Of a stretch of 64,000 bases of DNA, positions 10,187 through 20,325 are shown piece after piece. Below the pieces are notes generated by a model, which worked only from the letters and a program-made list of their open reading frames with translations, ran no database searches and was not told the DNA's origin. The stretch lies in assembly GCA_965237805.1 (NCBI GenBank), contig OZ250153.1:512001-576000 (forward strand). The letters run 5' to 3'. The position numbers were made by a program, and so were the translations under genes. This DNA comes from Gammaproteobacteria bacterium. GTDB lineage: Bacteria; Pseudomonadota; Gammaproteobacteria; JABABF01. Numbering within the stretch: the first letter of the stretch is position 1; each line of letters opens with the position of its first letter.

Positions 10187-12124
10187 ATGCGCCTCAGACC
10201 GCTCCCCAAGCAACGATGCCATGGTGGTGCCGCATGGCTCGCCGCCCTGCTGCTGCTGCCCTTTGCGCCGACGCACGCTGCCCCGACGACAGCAGCCACC
10301 GCCCCCTGCGCCACAGCTGAGCCACTGCGGCGAGCCTTCTTCGGCGATCTGCATGTGCACACCAGCTACTCCCAAGACGCCAATGCGCGCGGCACTCGCC
10401 TGAAACCCGCCGATGCCTACCGCTTCGCGCGCGGGGCGGTGGCGGGCATCGCCCCCTACGACGCACAGGGTCGTGCGCTGCGCAGCATACAGCTGGCGCG
10501 CCCACTGGACTTCGCCGCCGTCACCGACCACGCCGAGCAGCTCGGCGAGATGCACATCTGCACCACACCGGGACAGCCCGGCCACCGCTCGCTGGTGTGC
10601 CGCATCCACCGCCGCTGGCCCGCCGTCTCCTACTATCTGATGAACGCCCGCTATGCGCTGCTCGGCAAGCGCTGGGGCTTTTGTGGTGCAGACCAGCGCC
10701 ACTGCTTGGCCGCCGCCAGCACCGTTTGGCAAGACACCCGCCACGCCGCCGAGACCGCCTACGACCACTCCCCTGACTGCCGTTTCACCAGCTTCGTCGC
10801 CTATGAGTGGACCGCCGACCCGGGGGCGATCCACCTGCACCGCAATGTGATCTTCAAGAGCGCCACCGTGCCGGCACTGCCAATCTCGACCATCGAGACC
10901 GGCCCCTACGCAATGGAGCTGTGGCGCCAGCTCGAGGCCCAGTGCGAGGGCGCACTGCCCGGCTGCGAAGCCATCACCATCCCGCACAACCCCAACCTCA
11001 GCGATGGCCTGAGCTTCAATTCCGCCATCACGCTGCGCGGGGAGATCGGTGCCGAGGAGACAGCGCTGCGGGCACGCTACGACCGCCTCGTCGAGATGAT
11101 GCAGCGCGGTGGCGCATCGGAGTGCTTGCCCAGCCCCGGCAGCGACCCCCGCATCGGCGATGAAGCCTGCGACTTCGAGCTGATGCTGCCCACCCAGCAC
11201 ATGCCCTTCGCCCCACCACTGCGTTACGAGGCCGTCAACTATCTGCGCGACGCACTCAAACGGGGCCTGCTGCTGGGCGAGCGGCTCGGCATCAACCCGA
11301 TGCAGTACGGCATGATCGGCAGTACCGACACCCACCTCGGCACGCCGGGCATCACCGACGAGCGCGACCACCCGGGCCAGCCCTTCCGGCAACTGCCCGC
11401 CAGCGGGCTGCTGGACGAGCTGAGCGCCAACCCCGGCGGCTTGGCGGTGCTGTGGGCTGAGGAAAACCGCCGCGGGGCGCTATTCGCCGCGATGCGCCGC
11501 CGCGAGGCTTACGCCACCAGCGGCAACCGCCCGCTGCTGCGCTTCTTCGGCAGCTGGGACTTGCCAGCTGGGCTGTGCAGCGCCCCAGACCGCATCGCCC
11601 GCGCCTACGCAGGCGGCGTGCCAATGGGAGACGAGTTGCCAGCACTGCCCGGCCGAGACAGCCCAAATCCAAAGATAGCGCCGCTGTTCTTCATCGAGGC
11701 ACTGCGCGACCCGGCTCCGAGTGCCGCCCCATTGCAGCGTCTCGAGATCATCAAGGGATGGGTCGAGGACGGCACCCTGCGCGAGCGCGTGCACAGCGTG
11801 GCGGGTGGCGACAGCGACGCCTCGGTGGCGCTCGGCACATGCGAGCGCAGCGGCGACGGCCACAGCCAGCTGTGCACGCTGTGGCGCGACCCCGACTTCG
11901 TGCCCGGACAGTCTGCCTTTTACTACGCCCGCCTGTTGGAGAACCCGAGCTGCCGCTGGAGCCAGTGGGCCTGCATCGCCGCCAAAGTGGACTGCGCCGA
12001 TGCGGCCAGCATCAGTACTGGCTACGAGGGCTGCTGCGATGCAGCACATCGCCCGGTGATCCAAGAGCGGGCCTGGTCCTCGCCGATCTGGTACACGCCG
12101 CTGGGGGCGGCGGCAGGGGGCTGA
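10187..12124 (+). CDS. DUF3604 protein (PHP-like metallohydrolase fold), paralog 1
   Basis: FFGDLHVHTSYS, LDFAAVTDH, YEWT, LHRNVIF, IPHN, GSTDTH, ENPSCRWS, QERAWSSPIWY; signal-like N-terminus; start uncertain. Confidence 0.88.
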   Translation: MRLRPLPKQRCHGGAAWLAALLLLPFAPTHAAPTTAATAPCATAEPLRRAFFGDLHVHTSYSQDANARGTRLKPADAYRFARGAVAGIAPYDAQGRALRSIQLARPLDFAAVTDHAEQLGEMHICTTPGQPGHRSLVCRIHRRWPAVSYYLMNARYALLGKRWGFCGADQRHCLAAASTVWQDTRHAAETAYDHSPDCRFTSFVAYEWTADPGAIHLHRNVIFKSATVPALPISTIETGPYAMELWRQLEAQCEGALPGCEAITIPHNPNLSDGLSFNSAITLRGEIGAEETALRARYDRLVEMMQRGGASECLPSPGSDPRIGDEACDFELMLPTQHMPFAPPLRYEAVNYLRDALKRGLLLGERLGINPMQYGMIGSTDTHLGTPGITDERDHPGQPFRQLPASGLLDELSANPGGLAVLWAEENRRGALFAAMRRREAYATSGNRPLLRFFGSWDLPAGLCSAPDRIARAYAGGVPMGDELPALPGRDSPNPKIAPLFFIEALRDPAPSAAPLQRLEIIKGWVEDGTLRERVHSVAGGDSDASVALGTCERSGDGHSQLCTLWRDPDFVPGQSAFYYARLLENPSCRWSQWACIAAKVDCADAASISTGYEGCCDAAHRPVIQERAWSSPIWYTPLGAAAGG

Positions 12125-12285
12125 GCGGCGCTGGGGTGGCGCTTGAATGGCCTTGCTGGATGGCAGAAAATATGTTGCGGACGATGGTGTATGATGGAAT
12201 GGATGAATTCGAGTGTCATGCTGGGGTCAGCTCTGACATCAAACATCGAAAGTGGATTCTACCCGCGTAAGGACAAGGTATTGTC

Positions 12286-13050
12286 ATGCTGAAAGACATA
12301 TTCAAATATTCTCAATCGGATCTCCCCATCTTCAAGATTGGCGCTGTCGTTTGGGTCTTGGGCATGGCCTATATTTCCAGTGGATTTGCTGGAAATGCCG
12401 AGAATCCAACAAGTCACACAGCCCTGTACAATCAGATTATGGCAAGTGCCACAATGACGCTGGCATGGGTGGCGATAGTCGGTTGTTGGATAGCCCATCG
12501 CCACTTGGGGCGAGCCACGACAAGTCTCTCAGAAGAAACAAGGCGATTTACACACGAGCACATGATGAACTTCGAAGTGGCGAAGTTGCGTCATAAAATC
12601 ACCCACAATCTGCACAAGGTGCCAGCGCCATATGCGGAAACAATATGGCACATAAAGAAGCAAACACAGGAAAAAATACGCTCTCCTGATACAGAATACG
12701 TGCTAATTCCTGCAATGCACGGGATTCTAAATGGAGAAAATCTTACAGCATTTATTTATAAGAATTTTCAGGGAGATGAAGAAAACTATGAGGAACTCAA
12801 CAGGCTGGCTTTTGCACTAGAAGTCGACATTCACACATTTCTAAATATTCTGGAAGATGTGGCTAGGGCAGTAAATATGGGCGTATATGATGCGGATAGC
12901 GTGCGCACAACTGCTGAACACTATATAATAGATAGTTGGCAGCTATACCAAGAGTACATTCCGGCTCTGCGAGAGTACAAAACAAAACCAACGTTGTGTA
13001 AAGAATTTGAGAAATTGGCGAAGAGATGGCTGGCGGACACGCGAGCTTGA
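12286..13050 (+). CDS. Membrane-anchored DUF4760-like protein on a low-GC islet
   Basis: Two N-terminal hydrophobic helices; FLNILEDVARAV..GVYD...W....YI..LR....PTLCKEFEKLAKRW; visibly AT-richer than flanks. Confidence 0.65.
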   Translation: MLKDIFKYSQSDLPIFKIGAVVWVLGMAYISSGFAGNAENPTSHTALYNQIMASATMTLAWVAIVGCWIAHRHLGRATTSLSEETRRFTHEHMMNFEVAKLRHKITHNLHKVPAPYAETIWHIKKQTQEKIRSPDTEYVLIPAMHGILNGENLTAFIYKNFQGDEENYEELNRLAFALEVDIHTFLNILEDVARAVNMGVYDADSVRTTAEHYIIDSWQLYQEYIPALREYKTKPTLCKEFEKLAKRWLADTRA

Positions 13051-13454
13051 CACGGTCAATGATAGCGCTTGGCAGCAACACGGGAGTGGATGCCAGCCTG
13101 CACAGCCGCCGCGCCCGAAACGGCGACAGCGCCAACTACGCACCGCTAGTGTCCAACAGCGCCAATTCGAACACCACTCTGGCCACCCATAGCCGATTTG
13201 ACAATCCAGTGTAGGAGATGACTGAATGTTTTTCGAAAAAGATATCTAACCGCCTTGCCTAGGGCGTTGTTCCCATAGCATGTCAGCACCCGAGTGTGTG
13301 CATCCATAGACCGAGCGCCAACTCACATGGCCGCCCGCCCACTAACCCCGCTTTTGCTATCATGGGCGGAAGATTTGGCCACAGCCCTGTTTGCGTACAC
13401 GCGACACCCCGCTGGGGCGCGCGCAGCCCAAGCCCCGCCGCCAAGAACAGCCAT

Positions 13455-14357
13455 ATGAGCCCATCCCCCGCAACACCCTCCCCCCCAGACGGTACCCCAC
13501 CCCGCCTAGACGGCAAAGTCGCCCTCATTACCGGCGCCAGCCGCGGCCTCGGGCGCGGTTTGGCGCGGCGCTTCGCCAGCGCTGGGGCCACCGTGGTCGT
13601 CACGGCACGCAGTGTCGATCAGGCCGTGCAACTGGAGGGCACTCTGGCCGAGACAGTGACTCTGATTGAGGGCGACGGCGGGCACGCCATCCCGCTCGGC
13701 GCAGACATCGAAGACCCAGAGCAAGTCGCACAGCTGGTGCCACGCGCCGTGGCGGTCGCCGGACGGCTCGACATCCTCGTCAACAATGCTGGCTTCGCCG
13801 AGTTTGCACGCATTGAAGACATGCCCGAGCCGCTGTTCGACAGAACCCTCAGCCACTACTTCAAAACTCCCTTCCAATTGATCCAAGCCGCCGTGCCGGT
13901 GATGCGCGCACAAGGTGCGGGCTGGATCTTGCAGCTCGGCTCCATCGTCGCGCAGCGCCCGCTCAAACCCTATGAGAGCTTCGACCGCGTCGGCGGCGGC
14001 TTGATCTACGCCGCGGTCAAAGCCGCCCTAGCACGCTTCACCCAAGGCTTGGCTGCAGAGCTCGAAGCCGACAATATCGCCGTCAATATGGTCGCCCCCA
14101 GCACCGGCATCCGCACGCCGGGCTCTGACTTGCACATCCCCGACGACTACCCGACCGAGCGTATCGAATACCTCACAGAAACTGCACTGGCGCTGTGCCA
14201 TCTACCAGCCGACCAGCGCACCGGCCTCGTGACCCACAGCCTGCACTTCCCCCTGCATTACGGCTTGCCAGTGTGGAGCTTGGATGGCCGCGAGCAGCTG
14301 CCAGCGCCGGAAATCCCGAGCTACGCCCACCCCGAAGTACGCCCCGCTGGCGAATGA
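13455..14357 (+). CDS. SDR (DHRS1/HSDL2-like with GTLxET insertion)
   Basis: TGASRGLG, ILVNNAG, YAAVK; ATG at 13455 chosen. Confidence 0.88.
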   Translation: MSPSPATPSPPDGTPPRLDGKVALITGASRGLGRGLARRFASAGATVVVTARSVDQAVQLEGTLAETVTLIEGDGGHAIPLGADIEDPEQVAQLVPRAVAVAGRLDILVNNAGFAEFARIEDMPEPLFDRTLSHYFKTPFQLIQAAVPVMRAQGAGWILQLGSIVAQRPLKPYESFDRVGGGLIYAAVKAALARFTQGLAAELEADNIAVNMVAPSTGIRTPGSDLHIPDDYPTERIEYLTETALALCHLPADQRTGLVTHSLHFPLHYGLPVWSLDGREQLPAPEIPSYAHPEVRPAGE

Positions 14358-14421
14358 TGGCCAAGCGAAGCCAGCGGATGCGCACCGCAGCCATCACCGC
14401 GGCCACCGCCGCCGCCTGACG

Positions 14422-15219
14422 ATGGGGCAATTAGACGGCAAGATCGCCCTGATCACCGGCGCGGCCGGCGGCATCGGCTCGGCGACGGCTCGGCTCTTCC
14501 TCGCCGAGGGCGCACGGGTGGTGCTGAGCGATCTCGACGCGACCAGCGGCGAGGCGCTGGCGCGAGAGCTGGGCAATCGCAGCCTGTTCATCGCGCACGA
14601 TGTGCGTGATGAAGCGCAATGGCAAGGGGCCGTGGAGCGCTCGGTGGCACACTTCGAGGGGCTACACATCTTGGTCAACAACGCCGGCCTGTGCATCATC
14701 GCGGGTGTCATGGAGCAGAGCGTGGAGCAGATACATCAGGTGATCGACATCAATCTGCTCGGCACCATGATCGGTGTCAAGTGCGCCGCCCCCGCCATCA
14801 TCAAGTCCGGCGGCGGGGCCATCATCAATGTCTCCTCGGTGGAGGGGCTACGGGCGATGAATGCCATCTCCGCCTATGTCGCGAGCAAATGGGGGGTGCG
14901 CGGCTTCACCAAGTCGGCGGCGCTGGAATTGGGGCACCGTGGCGTGCGCGTCAATTCACTGCATCCCGGCACGGTGTTCACCAAGATGGCCAACGCCGAG
15001 GGTCTGTCGCGCGAGGAATTCGACCGCACACGCACTGCGCACTATCCGGTGCAGCGCGCAGCCGACCCCGAGCAGATCGCCAAGGCCATGCTATTCCTCG
15101 CCAGCGATGCTTCCAGCTACTGCATGGGCTCGGAGCTGTCGGTGGACGGCGGCACACCACTGGGAGAATACGCGCCGGGGCTGCCCGGGGCACTGCCAGA
15201 GCCCGGGGCGGCGGGCTGA
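14422..15219 (+). CDS. SDR, 3alpha(20beta)-hydroxysteroid dehydrogenase-like
   Basis: TGAAGGIG, NNAG, YVASKWGVRGFTKSAALELG, VNSLHPG. Confidence 0.9.
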   Translation: MGQLDGKIALITGAAGGIGSATARLFLAEGARVVLSDLDATSGEALARELGNRSLFIAHDVRDEAQWQGAVERSVAHFEGLHILVNNAGLCIIAGVMEQSVEQIHQVIDINLLGTMIGVKCAAPAIIKSGGGAIINVSSVEGLRAMNAISAYVASKWGVRGFTKSAALELGHRGVRVNSLHPGTVFTKMANAEGLSREEFDRTRTAHYPVQRAADPEQIAKAMLFLASDASSYCMGSELSVDGGTPLGEYAPGLPGALPEPGAAG

Positions 15220-15223
15220 GGCC

Positions 15224-16006
15224 ATGGCCAAGCTGGACGGCAAAATCGCCCTCGTCACCGGTGCCTGCGACGCTGGCGGCATCGGTGCGGCGTCGGCCAA
15301 GGCCTTCATCGCCGAGGGTGCCAAAGTGATGCTGAGCGGCAGGCGGCGGCAGGACGGCGAAGCACTGGCGCACGAGCTGGGCGACGACGCCAGCTTCGTC
15401 GAGCTGGATGTGCGCGACGAAGACCAATGGCAGCGAGCAGTGGCGCAGACCACAGCACATTTTGGCGGCCTGCACATCTTGCTCAACAACGCCGGTGTGC
15501 TGCTATTCCACGGGGTCTCAGAGTTGGCTGTAGATGAGATGCGCCGCGTGCTCGATGTCAATCTGATCGGGATGATGCTGGGCACCAAGCACGCCGCACC
15601 GCAGATCATCGCCAGCGGTGGCGGGGCCATCGTCAACATCACCTCGGCGGACTCGCTGAAGGCGATGAACGGCATCTCCTCTTATGTGGCAGCCAAGTGG
15701 GCGGCACGCGGCTTCGCCAAGTCGGCGGCAATGGAGTTGGCGCACCAAGGCGTGCGCGTCAACTCAGTGCATCCCGGGGCCACCTTTACAAAGATGTCCA
15801 GTGCCTTCGTCTCCGATCGCGCAGCCTTCGACAAATTGGCCGCACACTACCCCTCGCAGCGCAGTGCCGACCCCGAGGAGATCGCCTCGGCGGTGCTGTT
15901 CCTCGCCAGCGAAGACGCCGACCACTGCATCGGTATCGACTTGGCTGTGGACGGCGGTATGACGCTGGGGGAATACTCGCCGATGCTGCCGGGAACGCCA
16001 GACTAA
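15224..16006 (+). CDS. SDR, 3alpha(20beta)-HSD-like, tandem paralog of the preceding gene
   Basis: LDGKIALVTGA, YVAAKWAARGFAKSAAMELA, shared C-terminal VDGG..LGEY.P.LPG. Confidence 0.9.
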   Translation: MAKLDGKIALVTGACDAGGIGAASAKAFIAEGAKVMLSGRRRQDGEALAHELGDDASFVELDVRDEDQWQRAVAQTTAHFGGLHILLNNAGVLLFHGVSELAVDEMRRVLDVNLIGMMLGTKHAAPQIIASGGGAIVNITSADSLKAMNGISSYVAAKWAARGFAKSAAMELAHQGVRVNSVHPGATFTKMSSAFVSDRAAFDKLAAHYPSQRSADPEEIASAVLFLASEDADHCIGIDLAVDGGMTLGEYSPMLPGTPD

Positions 16007-16072
16007 GGGGCGCGGCGGCAACGGCCGATACACATAGATGCCACCACACAAGCGCCGGGCTGAGAGAGCCAT

Positions 16073-18145
16073 ATGAACGCCACCACAGCCAAACGCCACT
16101 GGGCACCACCAGCTAGAGCCGCACCGACAGCATGGCTCTTGGCGCTGCTACTGCTTGTGTTGCCGCTGACCGGGCAAGCAGCAGAGCGCCATGTGATCAA
16201 ATCCGCAGCGGTGCAGCAAGCCATCGACAGTGCCCAAAAGGCCAAGGCCGATGCCGCGGCCAAGATCACGGCCGAGGCCAAGCACACAGCGCTCTACCAG
16301 CGCTTGGGAGCCTACATACAAGCCGAGCAGCTGTTCAAACAGCCCGTGCTGATCAGAGAGCGCGCCGTCGCCGCCGCCCAGCGTTGCACCGCGGCTCCTT
16401 ATATCGACCTCGTCCTGCTCTACCGGTACCCGGTGCCGGTGACCCAAGCCGAAACACTGCACCAACACGCCGTGGCGATCAGCGAACAGGCCTTCGGGAA
16501 AAACCATCCGAACACTGGCCGCAGCCTCGGCGAGCTGGCCTCGCTCTACCTGATCCGCGGCCAATACAGCGAAGCCGAGACACTGCTCCTGCGGGCTCTG
16601 CGCATCCATCAACACAGTATGGGGGCAGAGCATCCGGTCACCGCGGCGAGCATCAGCAACCTCGCCTCGTTCTATTTCCAGCTCGCGGTACACGATCGCA
16701 TACAAAATCGGAGCGGCCTGTCGGCACACATGGCCGAGCCGCTCTTCAAACGCGCCTTGGCGATCAAAGAGACGACGACAGGGGCCGAGGATCCGAGCCT
16801 CATGCCCTATCTCTCCCAGCTCGGATTGGCCGAGCTCTACCGCTCCCGACACCCGGAATCCAAGCAGGCCCTCAACCGCGCACGGGCCATCCAAAACCAA
16901 GCCAAAGCACCCGGACTCGCCAGCACCCCAGCGGCATTGGAACAACTCCTCAGCCAGCTGCACGCTTCCCAGAGCCAATACGCCTATACCGAGCCGCTGA
17001 TCAAAGCAGCGCTCGAGGTCAAAAGCCAGGCGCTGAACGAGGGCCACGCGGTGATCGCAGACAGCCTCAGCGCGCTCGGCATCCTCTACCGACAACAAGG
17101 CCGCTTCGCCTCGGCCGAGCCGTTGCTGAGGCACACGCTGAGCGTCGCAGAGCAGGGTCCCGAGCACCCTAGCAGGATCACACGCATCGCGACCATCCTC
17201 CACCAGCTCGCCTTGCTCTACCACGCCCAAGGCGACTACACCAGAGCCGGGCCGCTCTTCGAGCGCGCCGTGGCACTGCGGCATCAAACGCTCGGAGACA
17301 CACATGCAGACACCGGGGCGAGCCTGCGCGGATTGGCTGCGAACTACAGTGCGCAGAGCCTCCACCACCAAGCCGAGCCGATCCTCCGCCAGCTGCTGAC
17401 TGACGGGGAGATTGTGTCTGGTGTCGCCCATCCGGACACCGCCCACAACCTCGATGCGCTCGCCGCAACCTACCGCCACCAAAGCCGCTACGCCAAGGCC
17501 GAGCAGCTACTCAAGCGTGCGCTGAAGATCCGCAGCAAGGTCTTGGGCGCAGCGCACCCCTGTGTGGCGGCCAGCCACAGCGAGCTCGCCAGACTCTACA
17601 GTGCGCAGGGACACGACGATGAAGCCGAAGCGCTGTTTAAACGAGCCTTAGGCAGCCGCGAGCTGCGCTTGGGCACGGCGCACCCGGACACCGCTGCCAG
17701 CCTCAGCCAGCTGGCCAGCTTCTATTTGAAGCTGGGACAGGCAGCCAAAGCCCAGCCACTATTTGAACGTGCGTTGGCGATCCACGAGAGCAGCCTCGGC
17801 CCCGAGCACCCGGCGACAGCGGACAGCCTCAGCCAGCTGGCCGCCTACCATCACACTCAACAGTCCCATACCGAGGCACTCGCTCTCTTCACACGCGCAC
17901 TGGCAATCCGCGAGCAGTTCCCGGGACCAGTGCATCCGGACACCGCACACAATCTCGGTGCTCTCGCCACACTCTATGTCGCCCAGCAGCTGAGCGGCCA
18001 AGCGCAGCCACTCTATGAGCGTGCGCTGAGCATCCTGGAGCAAAACAACCCGCATGATCCCAGCTTGGACAGGCTACGCGAACAGCTGCACCAGCTCTAC
18101 CTCATCACCGGGCAAGTGAAAAAAGCACGGGCGATAGGTCTCTAG
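16073..18145 (+). CDS. Secreted TPR protein with 42-aa kinesin-light-chain-type repeats
   Basis: Repeated LG..HP.TA.SL..LA.LY..QG.Y..AEPL..RAL.I units; hydrophobic signal peptide ending GQA-A. Confidence 0.9.
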   Translation: MNATTAKRHWAPPARAAPTAWLLALLLLVLPLTGQAAERHVIKSAAVQQAIDSAQKAKADAAAKITAEAKHTALYQRLGAYIQAEQLFKQPVLIRERAVAAAQRCTAAPYIDLVLLYRYPVPVTQAETLHQHAVAISEQAFGKNHPNTGRSLGELASLYLIRGQYSEAETLLLRALRIHQHSMGAEHPVTAASISNLASFYFQLAVHDRIQNRSGLSAHMAEPLFKRALAIKETTTGAEDPSLMPYLSQLGLAELYRSRHPESKQALNRARAIQNQAKAPGLASTPAALEQLLSQLHASQSQYAYTEPLIKAALEVKSQALNEGHAVIADSLSALGILYRQQGRFASAEPLLRHTLSVAEQGPEHPSRITRIATILHQLALLYHAQGDYTRAGPLFERAVALRHQTLGDTHADTGASLRGLAANYSAQSLHHQAEPILRQLLTDGEIVSGVAHPDTAHNLDALAATYRHQSRYAKAEQLLKRALKIRSKVLGAAHPCVAASHSELARLYSAQGHDDEAEALFKRALGSRELRLGTAHPDTAASLSQLASFYLKLGQAAKAQPLFERALAIHESSLGPEHPATADSLSQLAAYHHTQQSHTEALALFTRALAIREQFPGPVHPDTAHNLGALATLYVAQQLSGQAQPLYERALSILEQNNPHDPSLDRLREQLHQLYLITGQVKKARAIGL

Positions 18146-18322
18146 CCAAGTTTGGTGCAGGTATTTTTGGGCCAAGTGCGGCATACATTGCCATTGCTTA
18201 ATGCTGTTATTTGCGATTGTCATAGCACCAGATATTCCATGTGTTGAAATTATCCGCCGCATCGCCACCGTGCACCATTGCTGGGGGCAACTACCTACGG
18301 GTCCGCCCCCAGCCTCTCCCCC

Positions 18323-20287
18323 TCAGCGCGATTGCGCCGCCCCATCCAGCCAAATCGGCGAGCTCCAAGCGCGCTCCTGATGCGTCTTGGGAATGTCTGC
18401 CGAGCAGCAGACTGCGAAGTTGTCCGGCACACTTTCCGGGCGCGAGCAATCGATGCCCTGAGCGTTGCAGGCGTAGGCGTTCCAACGGCAGCTGGGGTTT
18501 TCTACCGCCCGTGCGTAGTAATAGGCGCGCTGGCCGGGCAGGTAATCTGTGTCCGACCACACCGCGCACAGGCGATCGTGTCCGGTGCCGCTGAGCGCGC
18601 AGCTGGCACTGTCCACCGATGCGCCATTGTCGGTGCTGCCAGCGACATCGTAGACGCGCTGGCGCCGCTCGCCGCGCTCATCGACCCAGCCTTTGATGAT
18701 CTGCACCCGTTGTAGCGGTGTCCCAAGCGAGCCCGGCACGCCGGGGTCGCGCTGCGCCAATACAGCGAAGCGCGGCCCATTGTGCGCACCGGCTGGCCGC
18801 TGCTTCATGCGCGCCCCCATCGGCACGCCGCCGCGATCGGCGCGGCGCACAAAGTCGCCCTGTCCGCACAGCTGTTGCGAATAGTCCCAGCCGCCGAAGA
18901 AGCGCAGACTGATGCGCGGGCCGCTGGTGCCGTAGACCTCGCGGCGACGCATGGCGGAAAACAGCGAATCACGGGTATTTTCCTCAGCCCACACTGCGGT
19001 CAAGCCACCGGGGCCGAAGTTGATGGCCCCGGGCAGATCGGAATCGGGGTGGATGCCGCCAGTGTGTCCTTGGAAGCGATCCTCCGCCACCGATCCGGGC
19101 AGGCCAGCATGGGTGTCGGTGGCAGCGATCAACCCAAGGCGCCAAGGATTGACCCCGATGCGCGCTTCGTGGCGCAGCCCCTCAGTCAAAACCACGCGGG
19201 CGAAGCCGTTCTCTGGCGTGACGGGCTCTGGTGTGCTGGCGGGGTCGCTCACCCGGCGGAACAACGCCGAGAAGTTCTTGAAAGGCAAGGTCTCAAAGGC
19301 ACATAGTTCGTCCTCGGCACCAAGGCCGAACCAGCACTCCGAATCACCCTTGTGTTGCATCACCTCCAGCAACGGTTGCATGCGCTCTTGGCGGGCGGCG
19401 GTGTCGGCATCGAGGGTCTCGTCGCCGATCGGGAACATCTTGCCGCCGCTGAGATTGGAATTGTGGGGGATGGTCAGCACATCACAGCCCGGTTGCTCCA
19501 CGCAGTCGCGCTCCAGCACCTCCATCAGCTCATCCGCTGTCTTGAGCGCGATGCTGTCCGGCGGTGGCGAGGACAGCATCCCCAGATTGGCATTCCTAAA
19601 AATGACATTGCGGTGCAGGTTGTTGCCTTGGGGCGCGGAGCTCCACTCATAGGCCACAAAGGAGCTGAACTCGCAGTCGGCGCTGCGATCGTAAGCATGT
19701 TCGGCGGCATCGACAATCTGATTCCACACCCGCGAATTCTCCTGTTCGCAGTTGGCGTTGTCATCGCCGCAGATTGCCGATGGCCGACCGACCCGGCGAA
19801 TTCTCTCGGAGAGCAGATAGAAAGCGACGGAGCTGGGCAGCCAATCTTGCCAGCGCAGCAGATAGCAGTGCCAGTGGTGGTAGCCCGGCGCGCCCGGTGT
19901 CACGCATATTGAGGCCTTGCCCATGGTCTCGCCGTGATCGGTGAGTGCTGTGAAATCCAGCGGCCGGCGCAGCTGGCGTGTGCGCAGCGTCCTGCCAGCA
20001 CGGTCGTAGGGCCTGATGCCGAGCTTTTCGCCGCGTGCAAAACGATAGGCATCGGCGGGTGTGAGGCGGGTGCCAAACACCACTGCATCGAAGGAGAAGA
20101 CCGTGTGCACATGGGTGTCACCGAAGAATAGCTGGCGCTGCGGCTGGTAGTCGCGGCAGGGAGCACGCTGCTCAGTGATGACATAAGGTCGCGGCGGATA
20201 GTCCGCCGCCGCTTCGGCAAAGCTCGGTGCCAGCCACAGGCAAGCCAGCACCCACCAGCATGCTCTGTCTACTGTCTTGGTCATCAT
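18323..20287 (-). CDS. DUF3604 protein, paralog 2
   Basis: FFGDTHVHT, TDH, QHKGDSEC, ATDTH, QERAWSSPIW; ATG at 20287 followed by a signal peptide. Confidence 0.9.
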   Translation of the reverse strand: MMTKTVDRACWWVLACLWLAPSFAEAAADYPPRPYVITEQRAPCRDYQPQRQLFFGDTHVHTVFSFDAVVFGTRLTPADAYRFARGEKLGIRPYDRAGRTLRTRQLRRPLDFTALTDHGETMGKASICVTPGAPGYHHWHCYLLRWQDWLPSSVAFYLLSERIRRVGRPSAICGDDNANCEQENSRVWNQIVDAAEHAYDRSADCEFSSFVAYEWSSAPQGNNLHRNVIFRNANLGMLSSPPPDSIALKTADELMEVLERDCVEQPGCDVLTIPHNSNLSGGKMFPIGDETLDADTAARQERMQPLLEVMQHKGDSECWFGLGAEDELCAFETLPFKNFSALFRRVSDPASTPEPVTPENGFARVVLTEGLRHEARIGVNPWRLGLIAATDTHAGLPGSVAEDRFQGHTGGIHPDSDLPGAINFGPGGLTAVWAEENTRDSLFSAMRRREVYGTSGPRISLRFFGGWDYSQQLCGQGDFVRRADRGGVPMGARMKQRPAGAHNGPRFAVLAQRDPGVPGSLGTPLQRVQIIKGWVDERGERRQRVYDVAGSTDNGASVDSASCALSGTGHDRLCAVWSDTDYLPGQRAYYYARAVENPSCRWNAYACNAQGIDCSRPESVPDNFAVCCSADIPKTHQERAWSSPIWLDGAAQSR

Positions 20288-20325
20288 GGCGATATCAAGC
20301 CAACGCAGGGCGGAGCGCAGCCGCC

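Noticed and set aside
13051-13290. Short ACAGCGCCAA duplication and possible IS end near 13260
   Set aside because: Only two 10-bp copies, no partner inverted repeat or transposase.
14861-15223. N-terminal extension of the second HSD-like SDR
   Set aside because: Off-frame read-through of the preceding SDR; true start is 15224.
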